A stretch of 64,000 bases of DNA from positions 1,728,001-1,792,000 of the forward strand of contig OZ219787.1 of NCBI GenBank assembly GCA_964291285.2, in the 5' to 3' direction. Origin of the DNA: Alphaproteobacteria bacterium. GTDB lineage: Bacteria > Pseudomonadota > Alphaproteobacteria > Bin95. Below the pieces are notes generated by a model. That model saw only the letters and a list, made by a program, of their open reading frames with translations, had not been told where the DNA came from and made no database searches. Below, in pieces: positions 39,312-49,584 of this stretch; within the stretch, counting starts at the first letter, position 1; every line of letters begins with the position of its first letter. The position numbers were made by a program, and so were the translations under genes.

Positions 39312-39390
39312 ATCCTGAGTAGCGACCACGCCGGCGGGCACGTATCGAAGGGCCACCCCTCGATACGCGGCTGGCGCTGCTACTCGGGAT
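39312..39390. repeat. REP-like nested palindrome
   Basis: ATCCTGAGTAGC...CGTATCGA-agggccacccc-TCGATACG...GCTACTCGGGAT. Confidence 0.75.
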
Positions 39391-39522
39391 GAAGGACGCC
39401 GGGGCGCCGCCAAGGGACGGTCGCGCCTGCACCCAGGGCCGTTCGACTTAAATCCATAAAAATCCCGAATTTCCCTTCTTATCTCGTCTAAAATCCCCAA
39501 TCCGGCGTTGAAGGGACCGCTA

Positions 39523-39878
39523 ATGCCCGAAAAACCGGCCGCCAGGTCGTTGGACCGGATGCCCGAAGCCTTCGTGTCCGACAGGACGATCACGCGAGAG
39601 GTCTCGCGCGCCGTCAAGGCCGGCAAGCTGCGCATCGTCATTCCCACCGCTTACCGCGCCAACTATCTCTCGGCGTTGAGGGCGTTGTCCGGGACCGGTC
39701 GGCCGGAGCCGCTGATCCGCATGCTCGATTATGCGCAGAAATGGATGGCAGCCGTCGATTGGCGCTCGGTGGAGGCGGCGCGGCGCGAACTCGACGACTG
39801 CAACGCTTTTCTCGACCCCGCTATGGCCGAGGAGGAAGGCCGGCGGCTCCGAATGCCCGGGGCGGGCCGGCGGGATGA
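39523..39878 (+). pseudogene. Internally deleted Fic-family gene remnant
   Basis: N-terminal MPEAFVSD..VSRAVKAGKLR joined directly to C-terminal IVIPTAYRANYLSALRALS...CNAF; no HPFxxGNGR motif; no in-frame stop where expected; family assignment from recall. Confidence 0.6.
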
Positions 39879-39924
39879 CGGGAACGGAGCCCTGACCTGC
39901 CGCGCCTGCCGGCCGGCAACCGGC

Positions 39925-40999
39925 TCAGGCGACGGCGTAGTCCCTGAGGACTTCCAGGTCCGGGTCCCGCCCGAGTCCGGGGACGTCCGGCACGGCGATG
40001 CGCCCGTCTTCGACCTTGCAGAGGTCGCCGAAAATTTCCGCCTCGTGCACGCCGAAGAAGCGCTCCACCGGCTCCTCGGCGTCCGCCACGGCAAGCAGGT
40101 GCAGCGTTGCGAGGAAGCCCGGCCCGAAATAGGGCGAGTGCGGCACATAGCGGACATTGCGCAGGTTGCAGAGCGCCTCGACCTTGCGCATCTCGGTCAC
40201 GCCGCCGACCTTGGTGACGCTCGGCTGGGCCACGTCCACCGCATCGGCCTCCAGCATGGCCTGGAACTGCCACGCCGTGCAGAGGTTCTCGCCGGCCGCA
40301 ATGCCCATGTCGAACAGGCCCCGCAGCTCGGCGAGGCCGGCGAAGTTCTCCGGCGGCCAGATCGGCTCCTCCAGCCAGTGCACACCGTGCGGCTCGAAGG
40401 ACTCCGCCTTCGCCAGCGCCTCCGCCAGGGTCCAGGGGCAGTTGGTGTCCACCATCAGCCTGGCCTCCGCCGGAATGGCGGCGCGGGCGGCGGCCACCGC
40501 CGGCTCCATCCGCTCATGCAGCTTGATCCACCGGTAGCCCTGAGAGGCGGCGGCGGCGCAGCGCTCGCCCACGAGGTCCGGCTCGAAATAGCGCAAGAGG
40601 CTCGCATAGGCTTCCAGCGACATGCGCTGCGCGCCGCCGAGCAGGCGGTGCAGCGGCATCCCCGCAGCCTTGGCGGCGATGTCCCAGAGCGCGATGTCCA
40701 GGCCGGAGAGCGCGTAGATCGTCTGCCCGTAACGCCCGAAGATGTGCAGCAGCTTCTGGAGTTCGGCGTGCAGGGCGGCGATGTCGCCGGCGTCCCGGCC
40801 GATGACGAGCGGGGCGATCATCGTCTCCAGCGCCGCCCGTGTGGAGGGGATGGCGTTGAACCCGAAGGCCTCGCCCCAGCCGACATGGCCTTCGTCGGTC
40901 TCGACCCTTATGAGCAGCGTGTCGAGATTGCGCCATTCCGTGCCGCCGAAGCCTGTAGGCGGGCCGCCATGGTCGAACGGGATCGACAGGGTGACGGTC

Positions 41000-41019
<20 letters not shown>
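39925..41019 (-). CDS. Mandelate racemase/muconate lactonizing enzyme family
   Basis: TTG start; GWGE, SGLDIALWD, WIKLH, VDTN, WLEEP, AGEN, PGLG. Confidence 0.9.
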
Positions 41020-42078
<1,059 letters not shown>

Positions 42079-42082
<4 letters not shown>

Positions 42083-42321
42083 CGGAAGGCCTTGAAGGTT
42101 ATCAGCGTGAACGTGTCGGTGACGCCCGGCAGCGTCTGCAGGCGCTCGGTGACGAAATGGCCGGGATCGGCGCCGTCCTCCAGGTAGCACTTGACCAGCA
42201 GGTCGTACTGCCCGGACGTGGAATAGATTTCCGAAGCCTGCTCGACGTCCTGCGCCAGACGGTCGGCGACCTCATAGGCCTTGCCGAGCGAACATTTCAC
42301 CATCACGAAGATTGGTCGCAT
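42079..42321 (-). CDS. Lrp/AsnC ligand-binding (stand-alone RAM) domain protein
   Basis: 80 aa; IFVMVKC..G.AY.VA, YSTSGQYDLL, TFT.ITFKAF; no HTH. Confidence 0.8.
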
Positions 42322-42348
42322 ACAGGCCTCCCGACCCGGGGCCAGGCC

Positions 42349-43725
42349 TCAGGCCGACTGCGCATCCGGATCGGCGCCCGGACGCAGCAGGAAAGCCGGA
42401 ATGTGCTCGCCGAAGGCCGTATCCGGGCGTTGCGCATCGACCGGCGGCGCGGCCCGGCGTCCCCGCTCCTTTGCGGCAGGCGGCGCCGTCCTGCGGCTCG
42501 GCCGGTCTTTCGGGACGGCGTTGCGTTCGGCCGGAGCGGTGCGCTCTGCGGGGACCGTCCGGCTGCGGCGACGGCGCTTCGGCTCGTCGTCCCAGTTCGC
42601 GGCCTCGACCGTTTCCAGCGTGCGCCGGGGCACATCGCGGCCGATCAGTTTCTCGATCCGCCCGGCATGAAAGGCGTCCTCCGGCTCCGCGATGGTGATG
42701 GCGGTGCCCGGCCGTCCCGCCCGCCCGGTCCTCCCGATGCGGTGGACATAGTCTTCCGCATGGATCGGCACGTCGAAGTTGAAGACATGGCTGACGCGGG
42801 GGATGTCGAGGCCGCGCGCCGCCACGTCGGAGGCCACCAGCAGCCGGAGCTCGCCCGAACGGAAGCGGTCGAGCGCCTCCGTGCGCCGGAACTGCGGCAT
42901 GTCGCCATGCAGCGCCGATGCGTCGAATCCATGCTTTGTCAGCGACTTCACGAGGATATCGACGTCGCGCTTGCGGTTGCAGAACACGAGGCCGTTCTCG
43001 ATATCCTCCGAGCGCAGGATTTCCCGCAAGGCCGCACGCTTGTCGTCGCGGTGGACCAGCGCCAGCTGCTGATCGACCGTTTCCGCCGGGGACGCCGGCG
43101 GCGCCACCGCAATTTCCTTTGGATCGTCCAGGAAATTATCGGCCAGCTTGCGGATCTCGGCCGGCATCGTCGCCGAGAAGAACAGCGTCTGGCGCTTCCT
43201 CGGCAGCAGGCCGACGATGCGTTCGATATCGGGGATGAAACCCATGTCCAGCATACGGTCGGCTTCGTCGATGACGAGCACCTTGACGTCGCTCAGCAGG
43301 ATGCGTCCGCGCTCGAAAAGGTCGATCAGCCGGCCCGGCGTGGCGATGAGCACATCGACGCCGCGCCCCAGCGCCTTTTCCTGGTCGGCGAAACTCTCTC
43401 CGCCGATCAGCAGGGCCGTGCTCAGCCGGTGATACCTGCCGTAACGGTCGAAATTCTCGTTCACCTGGGCGGCAAGCTCGCGCGTCGGCTCCAGGATGAG
43501 CGAACGCGGCATCCGCGCCCGCGCCCGCCCGCTTGTGAGCATGTCGATCATCGGCAGGGTGAATCCGGCGGTCTTGCCGGTGCCGGTCTGCGCGCAACCG
43601 AGGACGTCCCGTCCCATGAGCACGACCGGAATTGCCTGTTCCTGAATCGGCGTCGGCTCGGTGTAGCCCGAGTCCTCAACCGCTTTGAGCGTCTCTTCGC
43701 TCAGTCCGAGATTTTGGAATGTCAT
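42349..43725 (-). CDS. DEAD-box RNA helicase (RhlE-like)
   Basis: PTPIQ, AQTGTGKT, PTRELA, DEAD, SAT, ARGLD, HRIGRTGR. Confidence 0.96.
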   Translation of the reverse strand: MTFQNLGLSEETLKAVEDSGYTEPTPIQEQAIPVVLMGRDVLGCAQTGTGKTAGFTLPMIDMLTSGRARARMPRSLILEPTRELAAQVNENFDRYGRYHRLSTALLIGGESFADQEKALGRGVDVLIATPGRLIDLFERGRILLSDVKVLVIDEADRMLDMGFIPDIERIVGLLPRKRQTLFFSATMPAEIRKLADNFLDDPKEIAVAPPASPAETVDQQLALVHRDDKRAALREILRSEDIENGLVFCNRKRDVDILVKSLTKHGFDASALHGDMPQFRRTEALDRFRSGELRLLVASDVAARGLDIPRVSHVFNFDVPIHAEDYVHRIGRTGRAGRPGTAITIAEPEDAFHAGRIEKLIGRDVPRRTLETVEAANWDDEPKRRRRSRTVPAERTAPAERNAVPKDRPSRRTAPPAAKERGRRAAPPVDAQRPDTAFGEHIPAFLLRPGADPDAQSA

Positions 43726-43864
43726 GTGTTCTGTCGAACGATCTCTCATCAAATAGAGTTGCCGGAGTTCTTATGGCGACTTCGGGAATTGTCAAGGACT
43801 TCCGTCCGGTTCCGGCGCTTTCGGCGTGAATTTACGGCAAGGCCGAATGTCGCAGACGATGCCT

Positions 43865-44873
43865 CTAAACGAGGCGGTTGGGCGGATTGCGCCCGGCAAA
43901 CAGGGCTTCCAGCCCCGAGATCACATGCTCGGCCATCGCAAGCCTGGTTTCCATCGTGGAACTGCCGATATGCGGCTGCACGTAAATGCGCTCGAGCCGC
44001 AGATAGGCCGGGTGTACATCCGGTTCGCCGTCGAACACGTCCAGGCCGGCTCCGGCGAGGTGTCCGCTTTCCACCGCCGCGGTCAGGGCGTCGTCATCGA
44101 CCAGGCTGCCGCGCGCAATGTTCACGACCAGCGCGCCTTGCGGAAGGCGGGCAATCCGTTCCGCATTCAGCCAGTAACGGGTTTCCGGCGAAGCGGGGGC
44201 CGCGATGACCAGAATGTCGCTGCGGGACAGGAACTCTCTCTCGTCGGCGAAATAGAGGCCTGCCCCGGCTTCCAGCGGCCGGCGGTTGTGATAGCCGATT
44301 TCCATGTCGAACGCCCGGGCGCGTCCGGCGATCTCGCGCCCGATTCGGCCCATCCCGAATATCCCGAGCCGCTTGCCGGTCACCTCGGTGCCGATCAGCT
44401 GGCGCGGCCCCCAGCCCTTCCATCTGCTTTCGACGATCAACGCCTGCCCCTCGCGCGCGCGGCGGGCGGGCGCGGGCATGTCGCCGCTCGCGACGGCGCT
44501 GGGCCTGCCCCTCGCGCGCGCGGCGGGCGGCGCCCAGCATCAGCAGCATGGCGTTGTCGGCCACCGAAGCGCTGAGCACGTCCGGCGTATAGACGACGGG
44601 AATACCGCGCGCCCGCAAGGCGTCGAGATCGAGATGCTCATGGCCGACGGAATAGGTGCCGACCGCCTTCAGCGAGGAGGGAAGGCCGGCGATGGCGGCG
44701 GCGTCGAGACGCTCGCTCGTGTTTATGACGAGCGCGTCCATGCCCTCGCAGGCGGCGGCCACGTCGGCGGAAGAAAGCCGGCGGTCGTCGACATTCATCA
44801 CCACGTCGAACGACCGGGCGAACCGGGCCTCCACGGGTTCCGGCAGGCGCCGCGTGACGAAGATGCGTTTCAT
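43865..44873 (-). pseudogene. D-2-hydroxyacid (glyoxylate/hydroxypyruvate) reductase, frameshifted by a 61-bp insertion
   Basis: N-half (SVG.EH.D, TPDVL) in ORF 44094-44873 and C-half (GMGRIG, NIARG, GLDVF.GEP, PHIGS) in ORF 43865-44479; ARRAREGQA encoded twice. Confidence 0.85.
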
Positions 44874-44910
44874 CGCCTGCTCCTTTGCCGAAGCACGCCG
44901 CCCGGCCGGG

Positions 44911-45819
44911 CTATGCGCCGAGTATTTCGCCCGTTTCCAGGCCCGCCTCCGCGGCGGCGACCTTCCCGGCGCCGTCCGGGCGGACCCGGATTGCGCGGAC
45001 CGCCCCGCCGCCGGCCGCGATCACGGCCCCGTCGTCGCCCACCGACAGGACCGTTCCGGGCTTCGCATCGGCCGGAGCATCATCGAGGCGCGCATCGAAT
45101 ATCTGGAGTTTCGCGCCGTTGCGCATCGTCCAGGCGCCCGGCTGGGGGTTGCAGCCGCGAATGAGGTTGTAGATTTCATCCGCCGGGCGCGACCAGTCGA
45201 TCCCGGCACCGTCCGCGGTGCACCAGCTCTCATAGGTCGCCTGCGCCTCGTCCTGCGCGAGCTTCGGGGCCTTGCCGTCGCGCACGAGATCGACGGCTTC
45301 CAGCATCGCGTCCACGCCCATCGGGAACAGGCGGTCGAAATAGATGCTGCCCAGCGTGTCGTCGGGGCCGATGGCGGTTTTCTTCTGCAGCAGTACGGGA
45401 CCGGTATCGAGGCCGTCGTCGGGCCAGAAGATGGTGAGGCCTGTTTCCGTGCGGCCCTGGATGATCGGCCAGTTGATCGAGCTCGGGCCGCGATGCAGCG
45501 GCAGCAGGGAAGGGTGGTACTGGATGGTGCCGAGCGTCGGGAGGTCGAGGAAGGAGGACGGCACGATCTTCGTCACATAGGCCATGACGCAGAGGTCCGG
45601 CTTCAGCGCCGCGAATTTCTCATGGACGGCCGGGTCGCGGAAGCTCTTCGGCTGGAAGACGGGCAGGCCGTGCTCCGCGGCGGCGGCCTTCAACGGGTCC
45701 GGGCGATCGGGTCTCGCATCGGGCGCGCAATAGACCGCGACGACCTCCTCGCCGCGCGCCACCAGCGCGTCGAGCACCGCCTTGCCGAAAGCCTGCTGGC
45801 CATTGACGACGATACGCAT
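44911..45819 (-). CDS. Formyltransferase family protein (10-formyl-THF dehydrogenase N-domain-like)
   Basis: YHPSLLP.HRG.S.INW, FWPDDGLDTG, ATYE. Confidence 0.85.
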   Translation of the reverse strand: MRIVVNGQQAFGKAVLDALVARGEEVVAVYCAPDARPDRPDPLKAAAAEHGLPVFQPKSFRDPAVHEKFAALKPDLCVMAYVTKIVPSSFLDLPTLGTIQYHPSLLPLHRGPSSINWPIIQGRTETGLTIFWPDDGLDTGPVLLQKKTAIGPDDTLGSIYFDRLFPMGVDAMLEAVDLVRDGKAPKLAQDEAQATYESWCTADGAGIDWSRPADEIYNLIRGCNPQPGAWTMRNGAKLQIFDARLDDAPADAKPGTVLSVGDDGAVIAAGGGAVRAIRVRPDGAGKVAAAEAGLETGEILGA

Positions 45820-45902
45820 GGGCACCCCCCTCCTCATCCCGGGCAGGCGCAGTCTATAACACGCTTGACCGTCTGCGGGGGGCCGCGTAGCAGGCTGGAG
45901 CC

Positions 45903-46883
45903 ATGATCGCTTTCACCCTCCGGCGCCTGATGCAGTCCCTCGTCGTGATCCTGTTCGTGGCGCTGATCGCGTTCTCCATGTTCCGCTTCGTCGGCGACCC
46001 GGTGCACCAGATGGTCGGCATCGAGACGACGCTGGAGGAACGCGAGGCCCTGCGGGAACGCCTCGGCCTGAACGATCCCTTCCATATCCAGTTCGCACGC
46101 TATATCGCCAATGCCGCACGGCTCGATTTCGGCGTTTCCTACCAGCACAAGAAGCCGGTTACGGAAATGATCGGCGCGCGCTTTCCGGCGACCTTCGAGC
46201 TGGCTATGGTCTCGGCCCTGCTGGCGCTCGCGGTCGGCGTGCCGATGGGCGTCTTCACCGGGCTCTACCGCGACAGCCTGCTCTCCAAGGTCTTCATGGC
46301 GGTGTCGCTTGCCGGCATTTCGCTGCCAACCTTCCTGATCGGCATTCTTCTGATCTTCGTGTTCTCGGTGACGCTCGGGGTGATGCCGAGTTTCGGGCGG
46401 GGGGAGACCGTCGATCTCGGCGGCTGGACGACCGGATTGCTGACCGGCAGCGGCCTGCAGGCCCTCGTCATGCCGGCGGTCACGCTCGGCCTCTTCCAGA
46501 TGACCCTCATCATGCGCCTCGTGCGCTCGGAAATGCTGGAAGTGCTGCGCACGGACTACATCAAATTCGCCCGGGCGCGCGGGCTCTCCAACCGGGCCGT
46601 CCATTTTGGCCATGCGCTGAAGAACACGCTGGTGCCCGTCATCACCATTACCGGGCTGCAGCTCGGCGGCATCATCGCGTTCGCGATCATTACGGAGACG
46701 GTCTTCCAGTGGCCTGGAATGGGCCTCCTGTTCCTGCAGTCCATCCAGACGGTCGATATCCCGATCATGGCCGCATACCTCATGCTGATCGCGTTCCTCT
46801 TCGTCGCGATCAACCTCGCCGTGGACCTGCTCTACTACGTCGTTGACCCGCGCCTCAGACTCGACCGGGGTGCGGCCTGGTGA
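45903..46883 (+). CDS. ABC transporter permease (DppB-like)
   Basis: DFGVSY, DYIKFARARG, ETVFQWPGMG, DPRLR. Confidence 0.93.
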   Translation: MIAFTLRRLMQSLVVILFVALIAFSMFRFVGDPVHQMVGIETTLEEREALRERLGLNDPFHIQFARYIANAARLDFGVSYQHKKPVTEMIGARFPATFELAMVSALLALAVGVPMGVFTGLYRDSLLSKVFMAVSLAGISLPTFLIGILLIFVFSVTLGVMPSFGRGETVDLGGWTTGLLTGSGLQALVMPAVTLGLFQMTLIMRLVRSEMLEVLRTDYIKFARARGLSNRAVHFGHALKNTLVPVITITGLQLGGIIAFAIITETVFQWPGMGLLFLQSIQTVDIPIMAAYLMLIAFLFVAINLAVDLLYYVVDPRLRLDRGAAW

Positions 46884-47782
46884 AAGGCTGGCGGGACAGC
46901 GACCTCTGGTATTCCTTCACGCGCTCGTGGATCACGGTCGTGGCCGCAAGCATCGCCGGCGTCGTGATTCTGGCGGCGTTCCTCGCGCCGCTCATCGCGC
47001 CCCACAACCCGTTCGACCTCGCAAGCCTGGACCTGCTGGATGCGCATATTCCGCCGGTCTGGTCGGAGGACGGGGAAACCCGGTTCCTGATCGGCACAGA
47101 CGACCAGGGCCGCGACCTCCTGTCGGCCATCCTTTACGGCGCGCGCATCTCAATCGGCGTCGGCATCGCCTCGGTGATTCTGTCGCTGGTTCTCGGCGTC
47201 GGGCTCGGTCTCGTCTCCGGCTATGCGGGCGGGCGCATCGACGCCTTCATCATGCGCGTGGCGGACATCCAGCTCAGCTTCCCCGCCATCCTCATCGCGC
47301 TTCTGGTGAACGGCGTGCTGCGCGGAATCCTGCCGAGCGAACGCCAGGACGAGCTCGCCATCTATGTGCTGGTGCTCTCCATCGGCATTTCCGGATGGGT
47401 GCAATATGCGCGCACGGTGCGCGGCTCGACGCTCGTCGAGAAGAACAAGGAATATGTCCAGGCGGCGCGGCTGATCGGCATTTCCTCGGCGAGCATCATG
47501 CTTCGCCACATCCTTCCCAACGCGATGGGGCCGGTGCTGGTGATTGCGACGATTCACCTCGCCGTGGCGATCATCACCGAGGCGACGCTCTCCTTCCTCG
47601 GCATCGGCGTGCCGCCCACGGAGCCGTCCCTCGGCACCCTCATCCGCATCGGCAACGACTTCCTGTTCTCCGGCGAATGGTGGGTGACGATCTTCCCCGG
47701 CGTCACGCTTGCCGTGCTGGTGCTTTCCGTCAACCTGCTCGGCGACTGGCTGCGCGATGCCCTCAACCCGAAGCTCCGCTGA
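46880..47782 (+). CDS. ABC transporter permease (DppC-like)
   Basis: GTDDQGRD, EATLSFLG, GDWLRDALNPKLR. Confidence 0.93.
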   Translation: MKGWRDSDLWYSFTRSWITVVAASIAGVVILAAFLAPLIAPHNPFDLASLDLLDAHIPPVWSEDGETRFLIGTDDQGRDLLSAILYGARISIGVGIASVILSLVLGVGLGLVSGYAGGRIDAFIMRVADIQLSFPAILIALLVNGVLRGILPSERQDELAIYVLVLSIGISGWVQYARTVRGSTLVEKNKEYVQAARLIGISSASIMLRHILPNAMGPVLVIATIHLAVAIITEATLSFLGIGVPPTEPSLGTLIRIGNDFLFSGEWWVTIFPGVTLAVLVLSVNLLGDWLRDALNPKLR

Positions 47783-48764
47783 CTTCGTCGCCGCAGAGGC
47801 GGTCGCGCGGTATTTCGATGTCTCGAAGCCCTGGCTTGCGCGCGCCATCGAGCAGAGCCCGCGCATCTTCCTGAAGGCCGTGGACGGCATTTCCTTCGCC
47901 ATGGCGAAGGGCGAGACCCTGGCGCTGGTCGGGGAGTCCGGTTGCGGCAAGTCCACCGTCGCGCGGCTCGTGGTCGGCCTCTACCGCCCGACCTCCGGCC
48001 GGGTGCTGTTCGACGGTCTGGAGCTGGCGGGGCTGCCCGCGGCCGAGCGCACGCGCTCCCGGCGGCGGATGCAGATGATCTTCCAGGACCCCTATGCCAG
48101 CCTCAATCCGCGCTGGCGGGTGCGCGACATCGTGGCCGAGCCGCTGCGCGCCTTCGGGCTCGCGAGCGGACGGACGGAGCTGGCGGAACGGGTCGGCGCG
48201 CTGCTCGCGCAGGTGGGCCTTTCGCCAGCGGACGGCGAGAAGTATCCACATGAGTTTTCCGGCGGCCAGCGCCAGCGCATCTCGATTGCGCGCGCGCTTT
48301 CCAGCAATCCCGAATTCCTGGTCTGCGACGAGCCGACCTCGGCGCTCGATGTTTCGGTGCAGGCGCAGATCCTGAACCTGATGCGGGACCTCCAGGAGCA
48401 GCTTGGCCTCACCTACCTCTTCATCAGCCACAATCTGGCGGCCGTGCGCCATATCTCGGACCGGGTGGGCGTGATGTATCTCGGGCGCATCGTGGAGATC
48501 GCGGACTCCGGAACGCTGTTCTCCGCGCCGCGCCACCCCTATACGCAGATGCTGCTGGACGCGATTCCGGACCTCGCCATGTCGGGCCGCGAGCGGGAAC
48601 CGATGGGCGGTGAAGTGCCGAATCCGCTCGACCCGCCCGCCGGCTGCCACTTCCACCCGCGATGCCCCTTCGCCAACGACCGCTGCCGCGCCGAAACGCC
48701 GGCCCTGAAGCAGTACGGCCCGGCGGAAACCGCCTGCCACGCAGTCGAGGAAGGGCGGGTCTAG
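47757..48764 (+). CDS. ABC ATP-binding protein (DppF-like); start uncertain
   Basis: [33 protein letters not shown]; nearest ATG lies inside the upstream permease. Confidence 0.88.
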   Translation: MPSTRSSADFVAAEAVARYFDVSKPWLARAIEQSPRIFLKAVDGISFAMAKGETLALVGESGCGKSTVARLVVGLYRPTSGRVLFDGLELAGLPAAERTRSRRRMQMIFQDPYASLNPRWRVRDIVAEPLRAFGLASGRTELAERVGALLAQVGLSPADGEKYPHEFSGGQRQRISIARALSSNPEFLVCDEPTSALDVSVQAQILNLMRDLQEQLGLTYLFISHNLAAVRHISDRVGVMYLGRIVEIADSGTLFSAPRHPYTQMLLDAIPDLAMSGREREPMGGEVPNPLDPPAGCHFHPRCPFANDRCRAETPALKQYGPAETACHAVEEGRV

Positions 48765-48779
48765 GGAAGCGGCATTGCG

Positions 48780-49568
48780 TCAATCCGGCGCGGGCGCGCG
48801 GCGGCGGTTGAGGAAGGCGGTCATCATGCGGGCCGGTTCGTCGGTCCGATAGGCGTCCACATAGGCCTGAATGCCGGCGCGGGCGCCGTCGGTCGGCGAC
48901 ATCCGGTCCCAGTCGATAATGAGGCGCTTCTGAATAGCAAGCGCCCCCGGGCCGCAGGCGAGCAGGGAGTCGATCCAGCCGTCCACCGTGGCGTCGAGTT
49001 CGGCGAGCGGGGCAATGCGCTCGAGGAAGCCGATGCGGTGCGCCTCGGCGGCGTCGATCCGGTCGCCGGTAAGCACCAGTTCGCACGCCTTGCCCCAGCC
49101 GATGAGGCGCGGCAGCACCGACGCTTCCATACCGGAGGGAATGCCGAGCCGCACCTCCGGCATGCCGAACAGCGCATGATCGGCCCCCGCACGCATGTCG
49201 GCGCATGCGGCAAGTTCCATGCCGGAGCCGAAGCAATAGCCGTTGATGCGCGCGATCACAGGCATGGGAAAGCTGCGCACGGCGTCGCAGACCCGATGCG
49301 TCAACGTGGCCGAAGCCTCAGCTTCCGCGAGCGTGAAGGCGGCCATCTCGGCAATGTCCGTGCCGCCGACGAAGGACCTGTCGCCGGCGCCGGTGATGAC
49401 AAGCGCACGCAGGCCCTCCGCATGGCGAAGCGATGTCAGGACCTCGACGAAGCGCCGTTTGCCCTCAAGGCCCAGCGCATTGCGCTTTTCGGGATTGTCG
49501 AAGGTGACGCGGGCAATGCGCGCCGCCTTGCCCCGGTCGTCCCAGTCGAGCCGCACAAGCTCCGTCAT
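48780..49568 (-). CDS. Enoyl-CoA hydratase/isomerase family
   Basis: NPEKRNAL, FVGGTDI, PVIARINGYCFGSGME, FGMPEVRLG. Confidence 0.9.
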   Translation of the reverse strand: MTELVRLDWDDRGKAARIARVTFDNPEKRNALGLEGKRRFVEVLTSLRHAEGLRALVITGAGDRSFVGGTDIAEMAAFTLAEAEASATLTHRVCDAVRSFPMPVIARINGYCFGSGMELAACADMRAGADHALFGMPEVRLGIPSGMEASVLPRLIGWGKACELVLTGDRIDAAEAHRIGFLERIAPLAELDATVDGWIDSLLACGPGALAIQKRLIIDWDRMSPTDGARAGIQAYVDAYRTDEPARMMTAFLNRRRAPAPD

Positions 49569-49584
49569 GGGCCGGCCCGTCCGC

